The notes below the pieces were generated by a model. The model had not been told where the DNA came from. It was given only the letters and a program-made list of their open reading frames with translations, and ran no database searches. From assembly GCA_965113315.1 (NCBI GenBank), contig OZ220375.1: a stretch of 64,000 nucleotides of DNA, one strand, 5' to 3'. Position 1 is the stretch's first letter; each line of letters starts with the position of its first letter. Shown here in pieces: positions 25,609 to 38,000 of this stretch. The DNA is from Podarcis vaucheri. Its lineage: Eukaryota. A program made the position numbers and the translations under genes.

Positions 25609-28600
25609 TACCTATATATCGCCCTTTATCAAAAGATTCCAAAGTGGTGTACAACATTAAGAACATATTTTATGGAGCACAATAAAAAACATAATAATAG
25701 ATAGCACCGTCGTCGTCATCATCATCATATAATCATAATAACACACACACACAAAAACCTGCTTTAACAGTCCCTAGATTATTTAATGGCCAAAGACCTG
25801 GGTAAAGAGGAATGTTTTTGCCTGGTGCCTAAAGACATGTAATAATGGGACCAGGTGAGTCTCTCTGGGTATTGAGGTCCTGAGCAGCGTAAGGCTTTAT
25901 AGGTCAACACCAGCACTTTGAATTGGGCCTGGAAACTAATTGGCAGCCAGTGCAGTCAGGCCAGGATTGGAACCTCTCACTAGCAATATCTGGCACAAAT
26001 CTGCTGGGAAGTATATTGATGGCCACACTGTCTCGAGCACCCAGTGTGTTCTAGTAATTGCTGATTATATCCCAGGATAGTTCCCTTCTTTCCCCACATA
26101 CTAGGGGCAGGGTTCTGTTAGTCCACTGGCTTTCTTTTCCCTCAGGTGACCCTGCTTTGAGGTTCACTTGCAGACATCTGCTAGTAAACAGAACAAGGAC
26201 TTTTTCTTTAACACCAGGGTTTTTTAAACTGCAATACTCTATACATAGTCAAAAGCCCTGATGTTAACAACATCAGGCAAGCAAACATACACATATGTCT
26301 GTATTTAGACCGTTTCTGTCAACCCACACGTTCACCACAGAAAGCTAAATACTGAAACGCATGGGCTTCCTTGGTCTACCCTGGGGCCACATGAAAACAA
26401 GGCTTGAGACCAGGGTAAGTGGGAATACAAGTAGGATCTCAGTTGGAAGAGAGGAGGTTAAGCCCATATATCCCCTGTGCCTCTTTGCTGAGGAGACAGT
26501 AATTTCCGCAATCACAGAAGTGTTTCTATTCCTGGGAGTGCAATCAGAAGCCGGCGCTCTGCCCGGCTCATCAGGGCCTTCAGCAAGCAAAGACACCCCC
26601 CTCCCCCCCGTCATGCTCCTGTCACCCTACCACTATCAGGAACAGACATGGAGACCATACCATTTTACAGACCCCAAAGAGGGAAAAGAATAAGGGTGGG
26701 TGAATAGATATGCCAATGCATAGTGGTTAGAGAGCTGGTCCAAGAGGCGTCTCTGCCATGGATCACTAGTACAGCCTTGGATAAGTTGTTTTCCCCGCAG
26801 CCCTATTTGTCCCATCTGTAAAATGGGACTACCGATAATCTGCTTCCTTGCAGGCTTGTTTGTGAAAGCAATGTAGATTGCAAAGTTGATTTTTTTAAAG
26901 TGCTCTGTAAATTATGAATAGTGAGCAGTGCACCATGTACCCACATGGGGACTAGGAATAAATAGCTGCCCTCTCCCCCCCCCCCGACTCCTTCACATTG
27001 GCCAAGATGAGAAGGGTGAAGAGCCAGGTCTAGAGCCTAGAGTGTCAAATCCCCACTCAGCCGCTAAACCCATGGACCCCGTGCCTGCCCCCCTTCTCTT
27101 TCCCCACTCCCTCACAGGGTTGTTGTGAGTATAAAACAGGGGAGGGAAGAACCACATACACCAAACAGGGCAAATATATAATAAGAAGAATAAATTCTTA
27201 TAGAGATGACACTTCTGTGTAGGAATTCATATGCCCTAGCCCAATGGTTGAGCACTCACTTTGAACAGAGAAGGTTCACTTCCCAGCCTTTCCACATAGG
27301 GCTGGGAGAAACCCCAGCTTGAAATCCTAGAGAGCTGCTGCCAGTCAGTGTACAGTGCTGAGCTAGATAGTCATCTAGGTCCGTAAAAGGCAGATTCCTA
27401 TGTTCCTAGGCCCCCTGCATGTAGGAATTTCACCATTGCAAAGCAGTCCATAGAATGGACAAAGTCTCAGCTCTTAAATAAACGCATGTGAAATAACACA
27501 CACACACAGCCAGCTCCTGCCTTTACACCCACACCACATCAAGGCAAGCCGGCTATTGCTGACGCTTTCGCCTGCATTCCACATCCTCCAGAAGACCGCA
27601 AGAGGCCTTCCTAATGCTCTGCCCCCATTGCTGTAAGACTTCTGCCCCCACTTCCCTCACACTGCCTCTTCTCCCCACTCCCTCAATGAGCTTTCCTTTC
27701 TTTTCCCTTTTCTTCCTCCTCTCCCCTCTCTCTTTGGTTCCTGCCGGAGTTATTGATTTTCCTGCCTTTTCTTTCTCTCCCCTCGGGGCCCCGAGTCGTG
27801 CTGCGTTTTTGTCCTTTTTCTCGCTTTTTCTTTCCTCCGCGCATCTCAGTTAGAGGAACACAGAAACGAACATGGCCCCCGGGTGTTTGACATCGCCGGG
27901 TGGATGCCACACACCAGGGCAAACAGCCTCCGCACCCCGCAAGCAGACAACACACCTTTGCCTGGGACTAAGGCAGCTGCGTCTGGGGTGGAGGTGGGTG
28001 GTTGCATTGACTAGACCATTGTTGCCTCTATGCTAGGACTTACAAACACAAAAACGTTCCCTAAATTTGCTCTAGGGTGAGAGGGGGTTATGGACACAGC
28101 AATCCTCTACACCTGCTCTTGGGATGGCGGCTGTTAACACAGGGATCCCTTGCTTAGTACTCAAGGACAGCTGGGATACAACAGGGACATTGGCTTGGCG
28201 AAGCTCACATACTTTTTCTTCACTGGCATGACAAGCACAAATGCTGCTGAAGTACTGGAGGAATGAAGCCGACACCCTCAAGCACCTCAAGGCTGTGGGA
28301 GGGCAAGAGAGGCGTCCAAGTCCTCTGCAGGAAAAGCTTTGAAAGACCTTTCCTTGAAACCCCCGTGTTTGTTGTGTGCAGCTGAGTCTGGTTTGGAGAT
28401 CCCGCATTCACATTCGGAAAGACTGTGAGGTCCGTGTGTCTGAGGGGCAGAATCACAGCGTCTGGGGAACATGAGGGATGGAAGTTACAGATGGAGGGCA
28501 GGGCTGCTAGATCCAAAAGACATTCTGAGACTCATAGTTCGGTGGTCCAACATACGACCATGGCTGTGTCCCCCTGGCACCTCTGGCTGAAGCAAGTGGG

Positions 28601-28848
28601 CCCTGTGAAGGGCCATTGAGCCATTGGAAAAAACCCTCACTCTTTCTTTCCCTCTGTCACACCATCTTGAAGCTCCCATGCTCCCCAAAGTTACAGAATA
28701 TCAAATAGCAAGGCTGAAAAGAACCTTTCCTGACATTTTGGAGCCTTCTATCAGATAGAAATATGGCCCAGCTTGAGTGTAGAACAAGGCTAAAATAGTG
28801 TGAGGCATCTATGGGTTAGGGTTGATGGGCATCCTTATTGTGGGGTGA

Positions 28849-29441
28849 CATACCCTCCAATATTTCTCCAGTGAAAATAGGGACATCCCACTCCATAAGG
28901 ATAATTTTACTGTTTATACCCCACATATCTTACTGGGTTGCCCCAGCCCTCTGGGCAGCTTCCAACATACATACAAAGTATCATAACAAAACATTAAACA
29001 TGGAAAAAACCTTCCCTATACAGTGGTACCTTGAAAGTCAAATGGAATCCGTTCCGGAAGTCCGTTTGACTTCCAAAATGTTTGGAAACCAAAGCGCAGC
29101 TTCTGATTGGCTGCAGGAAGCTCCTGCAGACAATTGGAAGCCGCAGAAGCCCCGTTGGATGTTCAGGTTCCAAAGAATGTTTGCAAACCGGAACACTCAC
29201 TTCCAGGTTTGCGATATTTGGGAGCCGAAACATCCAGGTACCAAGGCATTCGACAACCAAGGTACAACTGTACAGGATTGCCTTCAGATGGCTTGGTGGT
29301 CGGATAACTCCATACCCTCCAGCATTTTGCTAATGAAAACAGGGACATCCTAAGTGGGACATTCCTGGATCAAGTCAGAAACTGGGATGGCTTCTCTAAA
29401 TCAGGGACGTCCCTGGAAAAAAGGGGCAGTTGGAGGGTCTG
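28849..29441. mobile_element. Composite non-autonomous DNA element hosting the 29021 MITE
   Basis: Ends CATACCCTCCAA / TTGGAGGGTCTG (11/12 inverted match); GGGTGA direct repeat on both flanks; left end duplicated internally at about 29311. Confidence 0.65.
29021..29270 (+). mobile_element. Second Tigger-like MITE family (same TIR, different interior)
   Basis: TA-CAGTGGTACCTTG...CAAGGTACAACTG-TA. Confidence 0.85.
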
Positions 29442-29519
29442 GGGTGAGGTTGTCGCACAATAGGATACAGGGCCTTACTGCAATGAAGCACTGTGTGAGA
29501 GTAGTTTTTGTGTCCAATA

Positions 29520-30680
29520 ATTGGTCGGTTGCCTACCCTGGATGGGGTTGCACTGACTCTTAAGGAGCACGTTCACAGTTTGGGGAAGCTTATGGATTTG
29601 GTTCTGTCACTGGAGGCTCAGGTAGTCTCAGTGGTTCGAAGGACACTTTACCAACTGTAGCTGATTTGACAGCTGTGGCCATTCCTGCACTAGGAAAGCC
29701 TTGCCACAGTAGTTCATGCATTGGTTACTTCAAGACTGGATTGCTGCAATGTGCTCTATGTGGGGCTTCCCTCAGACTTCATCCAGAAGCTGCAGTTAGT
29801 GCCGAATGCTGTAGCATGATTGCTGACATCAGTGAGGCCTTGTCAGCATATAACACATGTGTTCAGAGATCTGCACTGGTTGTAAATTTGCTACTGGGCC
29901 AAATTCAACGTGCTAATATTAGCATATAAAGCAGAGGTCCCCAAACCAAGGCCCACAGACTGGATAAGGCCCTTCTGCCACCGCCTGCGCTTACCGGCAC
30001 TGCGCTGCGCAGCTGCCCACTTCCGGGTTGGAGGAGCACCAGAAATAGTTTGTGCACATGCGCAAGAGTTACTTGCACATGTGTAAGAGCTATTTCTGGT
30101 GCACATCCGGCTTGGAGGAAGCCCGTGCACGTGCACACAAGCTATTTCCAGTGCTCCTCCGACCCAGAAGTGCACCAGAAATAGTGTGTGCGCATGCGCA
30201 TGCCTGCCGCGTGATCGGCACTGGAGACACTGGCCCGAGGCGCGGTAAGTTTGCTGACCCCTGATATAAAGCCCTTAACAACTTTAATCATCTTGCTCCA
30301 CGTGCCCACTTAACCACTTTGATCAGCAAAATTGGCACTACTACAGCTGCCACATATACCCATTCTACATTGATAAGAACTCAATTGTTTAATGCACTTT
30401 GGAACTCCCCGCCTATTGAGATCAAGCACGTGCCTTCACTGTAGTCTTTTGGGCACCTGGTGAAAACATTCTTGTTTAGACAAGTCTACCCAGATGCTAG
30501 GAAGTTGAAGTGATTTAAATCTGCTTTAGCATTTTAACTTCTGTATGTTTTTAAGTATAGCCGTGAATTTTTCTCAACTTTATTGTTTTATATTTTTATA
30601 AACCACATTGAGGTTCTTGTTGTTGTTTTACAATCAAGCAGCGTATGAATGTTTTGAAATGAATGAATGAATGAATGAAC
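29520..30680 (+). mobile_element. Degenerate L2 LINE 3' fragment, interrupted by the hAT MITE
   Basis: LATVVHALVTSRLDCCNVLYVGLP...KLQLV-like ORF2 motif, WNS(L)P remnant at about 30400, (GAAT)n tail at about 30660. Confidence 0.75.
29932..30263. mobile_element. hAT-type MITE
   Basis: TIRs CAGAGGTCCCCAAAC / GTTTGCTGACCCCTG; perfect 8-bp TSD ATATAAAG; palindromic internal repeats. Confidence 0.9.
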
Positions 30681-30854
30681 AGTTTGATATTGGGTGACTC
30701 CTTGATGTGACTTTGTGGATGCGTCTGGTTGCCATATAATGGGACAAAAACGGGGGGGTGGGCGGCAGGATTGCCTGTGTGGATTGTACATCCTTTTGGT
30801 CTCACTCTCCGCTCTATGATTCTCTTAAGCAAGAAATAAATGAAAAAAAGCTCC

Positions 30855-31300
30855 ATTACATCAGACTAAAGGCTCAACTAGTCTAGTCTCCCATTTTGCA
30901 CAGTGGCCAGCCAGATGCTGCCAGGAAGCCTACAAACAAACCTTTCACGACATTTATTCTTCCCAGCAACTGGTATTCAGTGGCACTGCCTCTGAACCTG
31001 GAAGCTCCACACAAAGGCTACCATCCATTAATTAATTAATCAATCAATCTAATCCCCCTTTAAAGCCTTCTAAACACATTGCTCACACCTTTTGCAGCAG
31101 CAATTCCACAGGTTAATTATGCATTGCACAGAGGCAACTCTTCATTCTGTCCTGAGCCTCCTACCAACTGGCATAAGTGGGTGACCCAAGGTTAGGAGAG
31201 AGTGAGGAAAAACTCATCAGTATCCACTTTCTCTGCCCACTGGGCATATTTATAAAGCCCGTGTATCCCCCTCACTTTCTAAACTATAAATAAATAAATC
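30855..31300 (-). mobile_element. Old CR1-type LINE 3' fragment (related pieces at about 20330-20545, 37380-37640, 47715-48230)
   Basis: Shared degenerate AATTCCACAGGTTAA...TGTCCTGA and CAGTGGCCA.CCAGATGC segments recurring in the window. Confidence 0.55.
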
Positions 31301-33363
31301 CAAACAGTTGGTGTTTAAAGTTGTTAGGCATCCTAATTTGGGGAAGAGGGAAGGTGATGCTGGGATGATCAGCCCCTGCTTCTCTTTGAGACACACAGCA
31401 CCGATGAGACGACACACACGCCTCAGAGAGGTTTAATCAAAGTCGGCAGGTTTCATTTCCACCTGCCAGCTGCCTGCACGAGCAAAATCCCCCTGGATTG
31501 CGACAGGTTTTTTTGGGAGGAAAAGTGGGGGACCAAGAAAGGCTGTGAGGGAAGGAAATTGGGGGGGGGGGAGTTATTAGCCAAGAGGAACCAATCACCA
31601 GGTTCCCAGGGCCAGAGGGGAGATGAGAGGGTCTAGGGTTTCATGCGTCAATTTCACGCCTCCCACAAACCCTTAATCCCATCAAATGACGCTCTCAGGC
31701 TCTTCTCTGACTGTAATTAATTTGGAAGCCACACATGCGCGCACACACTCAAGACTTGCCCGCACAAAATCTCTCCCTGCTGATGCCCGGTAATCCCAGG
31801 TTAATACTCCTCCCTCCCACTTCCATTTTGGGCTATTCTTTCCCAGTTCTAACCTGCTACTTTTATGCAGCCCTACACACCTCACCATACCCAACTTTTA
31901 AGCCAAGTCAGAGATTAGCCAGAGCCTCTGTTATTCAGTTTGTGAAGTAGTGATAAAGCATGTGCAGAGTGTATTTCAGTTATATAATTTCAGCCAAACT
32001 TCAATTTGGCTGCTCTGGCTCAAGGTCTAACAAGAGGCTTGAGCCACATTACCTTTCATTTTAGAAACCTTTCTCCTAAGTTACTAACTTCTAATAGGTG
32101 AGGTGTTTGTGGCCTAAATCTTCCTGGATTCTGCAATCTACCCCCCCCCCCAAACTCCACCACCTTAAACCACTCCATTCTTAATTTATAGCATTTGCCT
32201 CTCAGTGCCAGGTGAAGGAGAATCCCTGCCCAAACAGCTGCTCCCGAACTCTCTTTCATTTCTTCCCTCCATTGGCAAGGCCCTTTCCCAGCTGTTTTGG
32301 TGTGCGCACAGATTCCCTGCAAAGCTGCCAAAACCCTCTGCCTCGCGCTGGATCACCTCTGTTTCCTGGAACCCGGACAACAGGCCACTTTTGCTAGCAC
32401 AGCTGTGCCTGGCAGTTTTGTGAAGCCCACACACTCTCTTGCTCTTTAGTGGAGCATGAGCCGGGCATGGGGCGGGGGGGGGGAGGGAGCTTTGAATAAG
32501 TATCCATTAATGGCTTGATCTGGAAACTGGAGCACCTGGAGGAAGGGGGTGGGTGGGCAATGGTCCCAGAATCCTCTGCTTTTTGCAGGAAGGAACAAGG
32601 GTGCGGGCGGCGGCAGTGAGAGATAAATGAGAGAGGGTGTGAATGAACACAGAGACAGCATGTATGAAAAAAGTGGCCGGTGGTGAGAATCAGTGTTGGC
32701 ACTGCCAGAAAGGGCCTGTAGGTTTGGCTGAAGAATGGTATTAATAAACAACACCATGGATTATATGCAGAGGAGGGTGGGCAGAGTGTGTTGAAAAGGA
32801 GGCACTTTCTCTCATACAGCCATTTACAATCGTGGCGTCTCTTTCTGAATGGGTGTTATCTATAGAATTATTCCCATGTATTTGCTTGCAGCCTGAATTA
32901 GTGTGTCTGGGGAAGGGGTAAGAGCTACAGCCCAAAACTAGATTCAGGAGGATCCCTGTGTACAGCATGGAAACATTGCAACCAGAGAAGGGTTTTGCTT
33001 GGTTGTGAGTCTATCTGTGATAAACTGTACCAATGACCTGGATGAGCTTTGTAATAGGATGGGCTGCACACACAAGATCAATATTGGCAGCTACAGTCAA
33101 AAGAATCTGTCCGAGGGTGGGAATGATGACAGTTTCCTTTATTTCAACCTGGGCATTAAAAGGCAAAGACACTTCTCTCTAGTAGCAAGGTGTGGCTATG
33201 TAGTAAAACAGTACCCTTGATGAAATGTGTGAGAAACAGGGCCAAAAATTAGGGGATGTATTTCTAAAGTATTGTACAGCTTGACAGCCCAGTTGTTGCC
33301 GATTTGGAGTAATTTAGTGTGCAACGATGTCAGCTGTGAAATTGCAGACATTAGAAGGCAAGT

Positions 33364-33546
33364 GAAGCTGCCATATGCTTAGTCAGACTACTGGTCCATC
33401 TAGCTCCGTATTGCCCCCACTGAGTGGCAGCCTCTCTCTGTGGTTTTAGACAGGGATCCTTCCCAGCCCTGCCTGGAGATGCCAGGGATTAACCTGGGAT
33501 CGTCAGCATGCAAAGGATGTTCTCTACTACTGAGCTGAGGCCTTCC
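33364..33546 (-). mobile_element. tRNA-derived Squam3-like SINE (other copies at about 27236-27408+, 35927-36088+, 43205-43348-, 46398-46555-, 50665-50850+)
   Basis: AGCTCAGT.GTAGAG...GGTT.AATCCCTGGCATCTCCAGG.AGGGCTGGGA...GAGCTAGATGGACCA...GGCAGCTTC pattern repeated across the window. Confidence 0.75.
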
Positions 33547-34602
33547 TAGAGCTTACTGTCTTGTAGATAGATTTTTTAATATGGGCCTGAAGAACGTGAA
33601 AGCGGGCAGGTATTATCTAAAAGCGCATTAACATATAGGTACAATGGCGCAGTGTGAGGACTATCATCTCAAAGGAGCTATTTAAAGTACTACATTAAAG
33701 TGTATTTATGGCAGCAAAACACAATGGCACGACTAAGTAGGGGTGTGTGCTAATAATGCAACCATGTTGTTTTGTGTAAGTAGTGTGTGAAGTAGAACAT
33801 TGTTACAGTGTTTACTGACCTGTTGGTACAATGGCATAACGGATGTGCCTATGGGGAACCTGTCCTCCTCCGCCGCTGCCCCCCGACCCCAAAGTTGTTG
33901 GACTCACGTTTCCTCACCCTTGTCTTAAAAGACGTTGGCATCCTGCATGACAAAAATTGTGTCATGCAAGCCATGAGGCTATGTAGCGACAGGGCAGAAT
34001 CTGGTGTCAATTCACATTGTGTAGGATGGCCACATCTCCTTGAATGAGGGTAAGCAGAGCATTTGAGAACATGAAGTAACACCCCAAGAGCAGGTAAGCA
34101 GTCCATATTTGCACAAGGGAATAGATATGGCAGTATACTTAACTGTAGCTGCTGCAAGAAGGAGCAGTGATAAATCATGTACCTAAAATTCTCTAGCAAC
34201 CACATGGGGAAGATATGTAGAGGTAGAACCCTACTCACAAAAGCATCTATATTTCAGAAATATGGTTAACATGGGAAAATGTGTCTGACAAATGCTGGCA
34301 ATTGTGCACGCTCCTTAGACAATGCGGAGAATATCTTAACAAATGGGAATTGTGTACACTGACCAGTCAATGTGTATAGCCCTCCAAGGGATATTAATGA
34401 ATCTGAGCATTTCACACCTGACCAGAGAACGTACATGTTTTCCAAGTGGTGAACTCACCATGACCAGCCAGTGTGTGAAATATGCCATCACGTTTGCACA
34501 CATTTCCCAGCATCACTTGAGTTTTTGCACATATGCAGAGTTCCCTGTTAATGCTCTTCATTTGAGTACACTGTCTACAGCATCTAGCGAATGTGCAAAC
34601 TA

Positions 34603-35092
34603 CCGTATTTTTCACCCTATAGGACGCACTTTTCCCCCTCCAAAAATGAAGGGGAAATGTGTGTGCATCCTGTGGGGCGAATGCAGGCTTTCGCTGAAGC
34701 CTGAAGAGCGAAAGGGGTCGGTGCGCACCGACCCCTTTCACTCTCCAGGCTTCAGGAAACTATCCACAAGCCTTGGGAGCCCGCGGGAGTTCCCGCCGGT
34801 CTCCCAAGGCATGCGGAGAGCTGCCTGCATCCCGAAGCCCGGGGTGCGCTGAGTAGCGTGCCCCAGGTTTCGGGCAGATATCCACAAGCCTGGGGAGACC
34901 GGCGCAACTTCCCGCCGGGCTCCCTAGGCTTGCGGATAGCAGCCTGTTCTGGGGGCTGGGGTCGGGGGAAGCTCGGGCTTCCCCCACCCCAGCCCCGTGC
35001 CTGGGGGGAGAAATAATTTTTTTTCTTTATTTCCCCCCCCCCCACTAGGTGAGCGCTATGGGCCGGTGCACCCTATGGGGCGAAAAATACGG
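34603..35092. mobile_element. Tc2/Kanga-like (Tc1/mariner) MITE, CpG-rich
   Basis: TIRs CCGTATTTTTC(A/G)CCC.ATAGG with TA TSD; internal palindromes. Confidence 0.88.
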
Positions 35093-38000
35093 TAACCAGT
35101 GCTCATGTGTGTTCTCCATTCAACTCACACTACTAATCACCGAGGTGCATACATATCAATAATTAAAAGAACACAGCTACGTTGCTGGAAACGTTTGATG
35201 AAAACCGCTTGCAAAATGGTGGGGGCAAACTATTGATTCTGTCTCAAGGCCTGCAGATAGAGCTACCGGGGTGTTTAAAGACAGATGGGTTCACTATGCA
35301 ACTGTGTTGCTGCAATTTCATTGTATATTTGGGGAAAACATGGGAATATAGGTGGAAGGCTGTTGTTGCCACAGGCAGTGTCAAATTTTTACCTGTCCCC
35401 ACTGTATTCAGTGTGTATTCCTGGTTGTGTGTGCCTCCTCATACAAGTTCACAGTACTTCTGCTATTAGTAATAATACTGTTAGTAGCGCTGCACTGTAT
35501 ACCATTTATTTATTCAAAAATTTATATCCCACTTTTCAACATGCAGGTCTCAAAAGGGCTTATAAAATTACAATAAGAAAAATTTAAAACATAAATTAAA
35601 CCGCCAACCTTTCAAACCTCAATAATTTAAAATCTCAACAATTAACATTGCTGTAGGCACTCTAATGCATTCTGGGCACTAAATCTGTGCAGCACAGTTA
35701 CTTGTGCGCCTCAGCATCTCTCACTGACCACACCCAAACGAGCTAATCTGTTGCTAGGAAGCTCTTCTAGCAGCCAACGCCTCTTCAAGGCACAACCGGT
35801 GAGAAAAATCTACAAGTGGCAGGAGGAGAGAGGAAGCCATTCCGGTTGTGTGCTTGGAGGGAGAGACCACACATGTGGTCTCTTTCTCAAGCAGCAGAGA
35901 CAGTTGCCTTGACCCAAGGATGGAGAGGGGAAAGGCCGTAGCTCAGTGGCAGAGCACCTGCTTTCCATACAGGAGGTTGCAGGTTCAATCCCTGGTACCT
36001 CCTGGTAAGGCTGGAGAACTGTTGCTGTTCAGGGTAAACAAATGGGCAAAGTGGACCAGTGGTCTGGCTCAGTATAATACAGCTTCATTTGCTTGTAATA
36101 CCATCCACGGCAGACCAAGAGGGCAAATGTGCTTAACCATTCTTACCTAGTCCATCCTCTGGAGGTAGATGACTAATATTGCCATGTTGAGAATGGCTGA
36201 GACTTATTGGTCCAAGTCCATTGAGTGAATTGATGGCTGAGCTGGAAAGGCGGTGGGGGTGAGGGGGGGCGTTGAGGTTGAACTGTGGCCAACCCCTGCA
36301 TGCTAAATAATGCTGGCAGTCAGGAAAGGGGGGGGGATTTGCGTTGATGCACTAAAACAGCCACGCGCACACACAACCTGAAGAGAGACAGTTATTGATA
36401 CCGAGCTATACCCATGCCAGAAGAGTCACCCGAGCAACACACAATCAAGAGAGGAGGCAATCGGCAAAGCAGACAGTCAGAGGGCAGAGGCAGCCACTGA
36501 TCCACACGCACAGTCAGAGAGGAGAGAACAAGCCATGTGCACAAAAGGGAGAGGCAGCCTCTGATACAGGTTCACACAGCAGGTGAGATTTAACACACAC
36601 ACCCCAGGACAGTGATCAGTAAAGAGAGGCAGCCTTTGATGCACCCGAAACAGCAGCAAAGAGGATCATTGACACACATGCACAATCGGAAAGGCAGAAA
36701 CAGCCACTGATACAGCCAAGGACACACCTGCTTTGTAAAATGCTAGCAATCTCACATGTGAACGGCCAGACTCCAGGTGTGAAAAGCCCACATAGACACA
36801 TGAAAAGAAGCACACGCTCAGATACTACACACCCAACGATGTGGGGTCCCAAGCGCAGATACTCATAGACAAAGATGCACACACTCAAAGGTCATAGTCA
36901 CCATCAGACTGGGCCATACCAATGATCCATCTTAATCTAGTCTCCAGAATCCGGCAAGGAAAATAGCGCTTCAGCCCCCACAGCTGCGGAGCCCACTGTG
37001 TGGCCCCATTTCCAATCCTAGGGGAAAAGCGGGCAGAAACATCTTTGTGACCGGCAGCCACAGACTGCCCCCAAGATTGCACAAAAGATGAAAAGTGGTC
37101 CAGCTAGCCTGCAGGCTGTAGCAAAACACCCACCTGCAAAAGAAACTGGGCTGAGAAAAGGGTGAGAAAAGCCGGAGCTCACACATCCTTTCGGAAAAGC
37201 CAGCATCACCTTAGGGATTCCGCCCCCACCTCCCCACACGGAAAACATTGTTTCCTGAGGAAACCACAGTAGTAATTACAAAGTGATGTTATCCTCTGCC
37301 TTGCATTCAGCTTCACAGTCATCTTCCGCAAGAGGCTGGTGCCTGCACCCATCTTTGCTGGCTGCTATCAGTGTTACCCCATTCTCCATTATTCTCTCTA
37401 AGGATTCCCCTCCTTTCAAAAACAAAAACCCACTTTGAATCCCTACCTATTTGCATTGTCCGGTGACAATGAGTTCCATAGGTATTTCAAGGACTGTGCA
37501 TGAAGTGTGAGGAGAGCTTTTTAGAGAAGGATGTCCTGAACCTAGCAGAAGGCAGCAGGACAGAGAAAAGGGAATACTGAATGGAACACACACAAAAACA
37601 AGACAGTATTTCTTTACTCAAGCGCCAAAGGTCCTATAATGGTTCCCACCTTTCTTCCTGTGGCACAGCACCTCTTGCCTTGCTCCTCTCTATTAAACAG
37701 CACCCTGTGGACATTACCTTCTTCACCTACTGCCTCACCCTTTGCTTGGCATGCAAGTGGTCATGAGAATGTGGCCCACGTTCTCCAGCCAAGCCTCTGC
37801 CCCTCTGCCTTGTTGAGGGATCATAGGTGCTTTGCATGCTGAATCGCAAGCCTCCTCTTAAAAAGAAGGGATCTGTGGCCTTTCGCCAGGCAACTCCCTA
37901 AATTCCCTGGCCCCCTCTTTTCTTTCCCTTCAATTCCTTTTCACACTCACACCTTGCTGCTATTTCTGTTAAGATGGCTGTTCCCATGGGCTGGCCTGAG

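Noticed and set aside
36380-36720. CRISPR-like repeat-spacer array
   Set aside because: Vertebrate intron, short degenerate cores, irregular spacing, low-complexity spacers and no cas genes.
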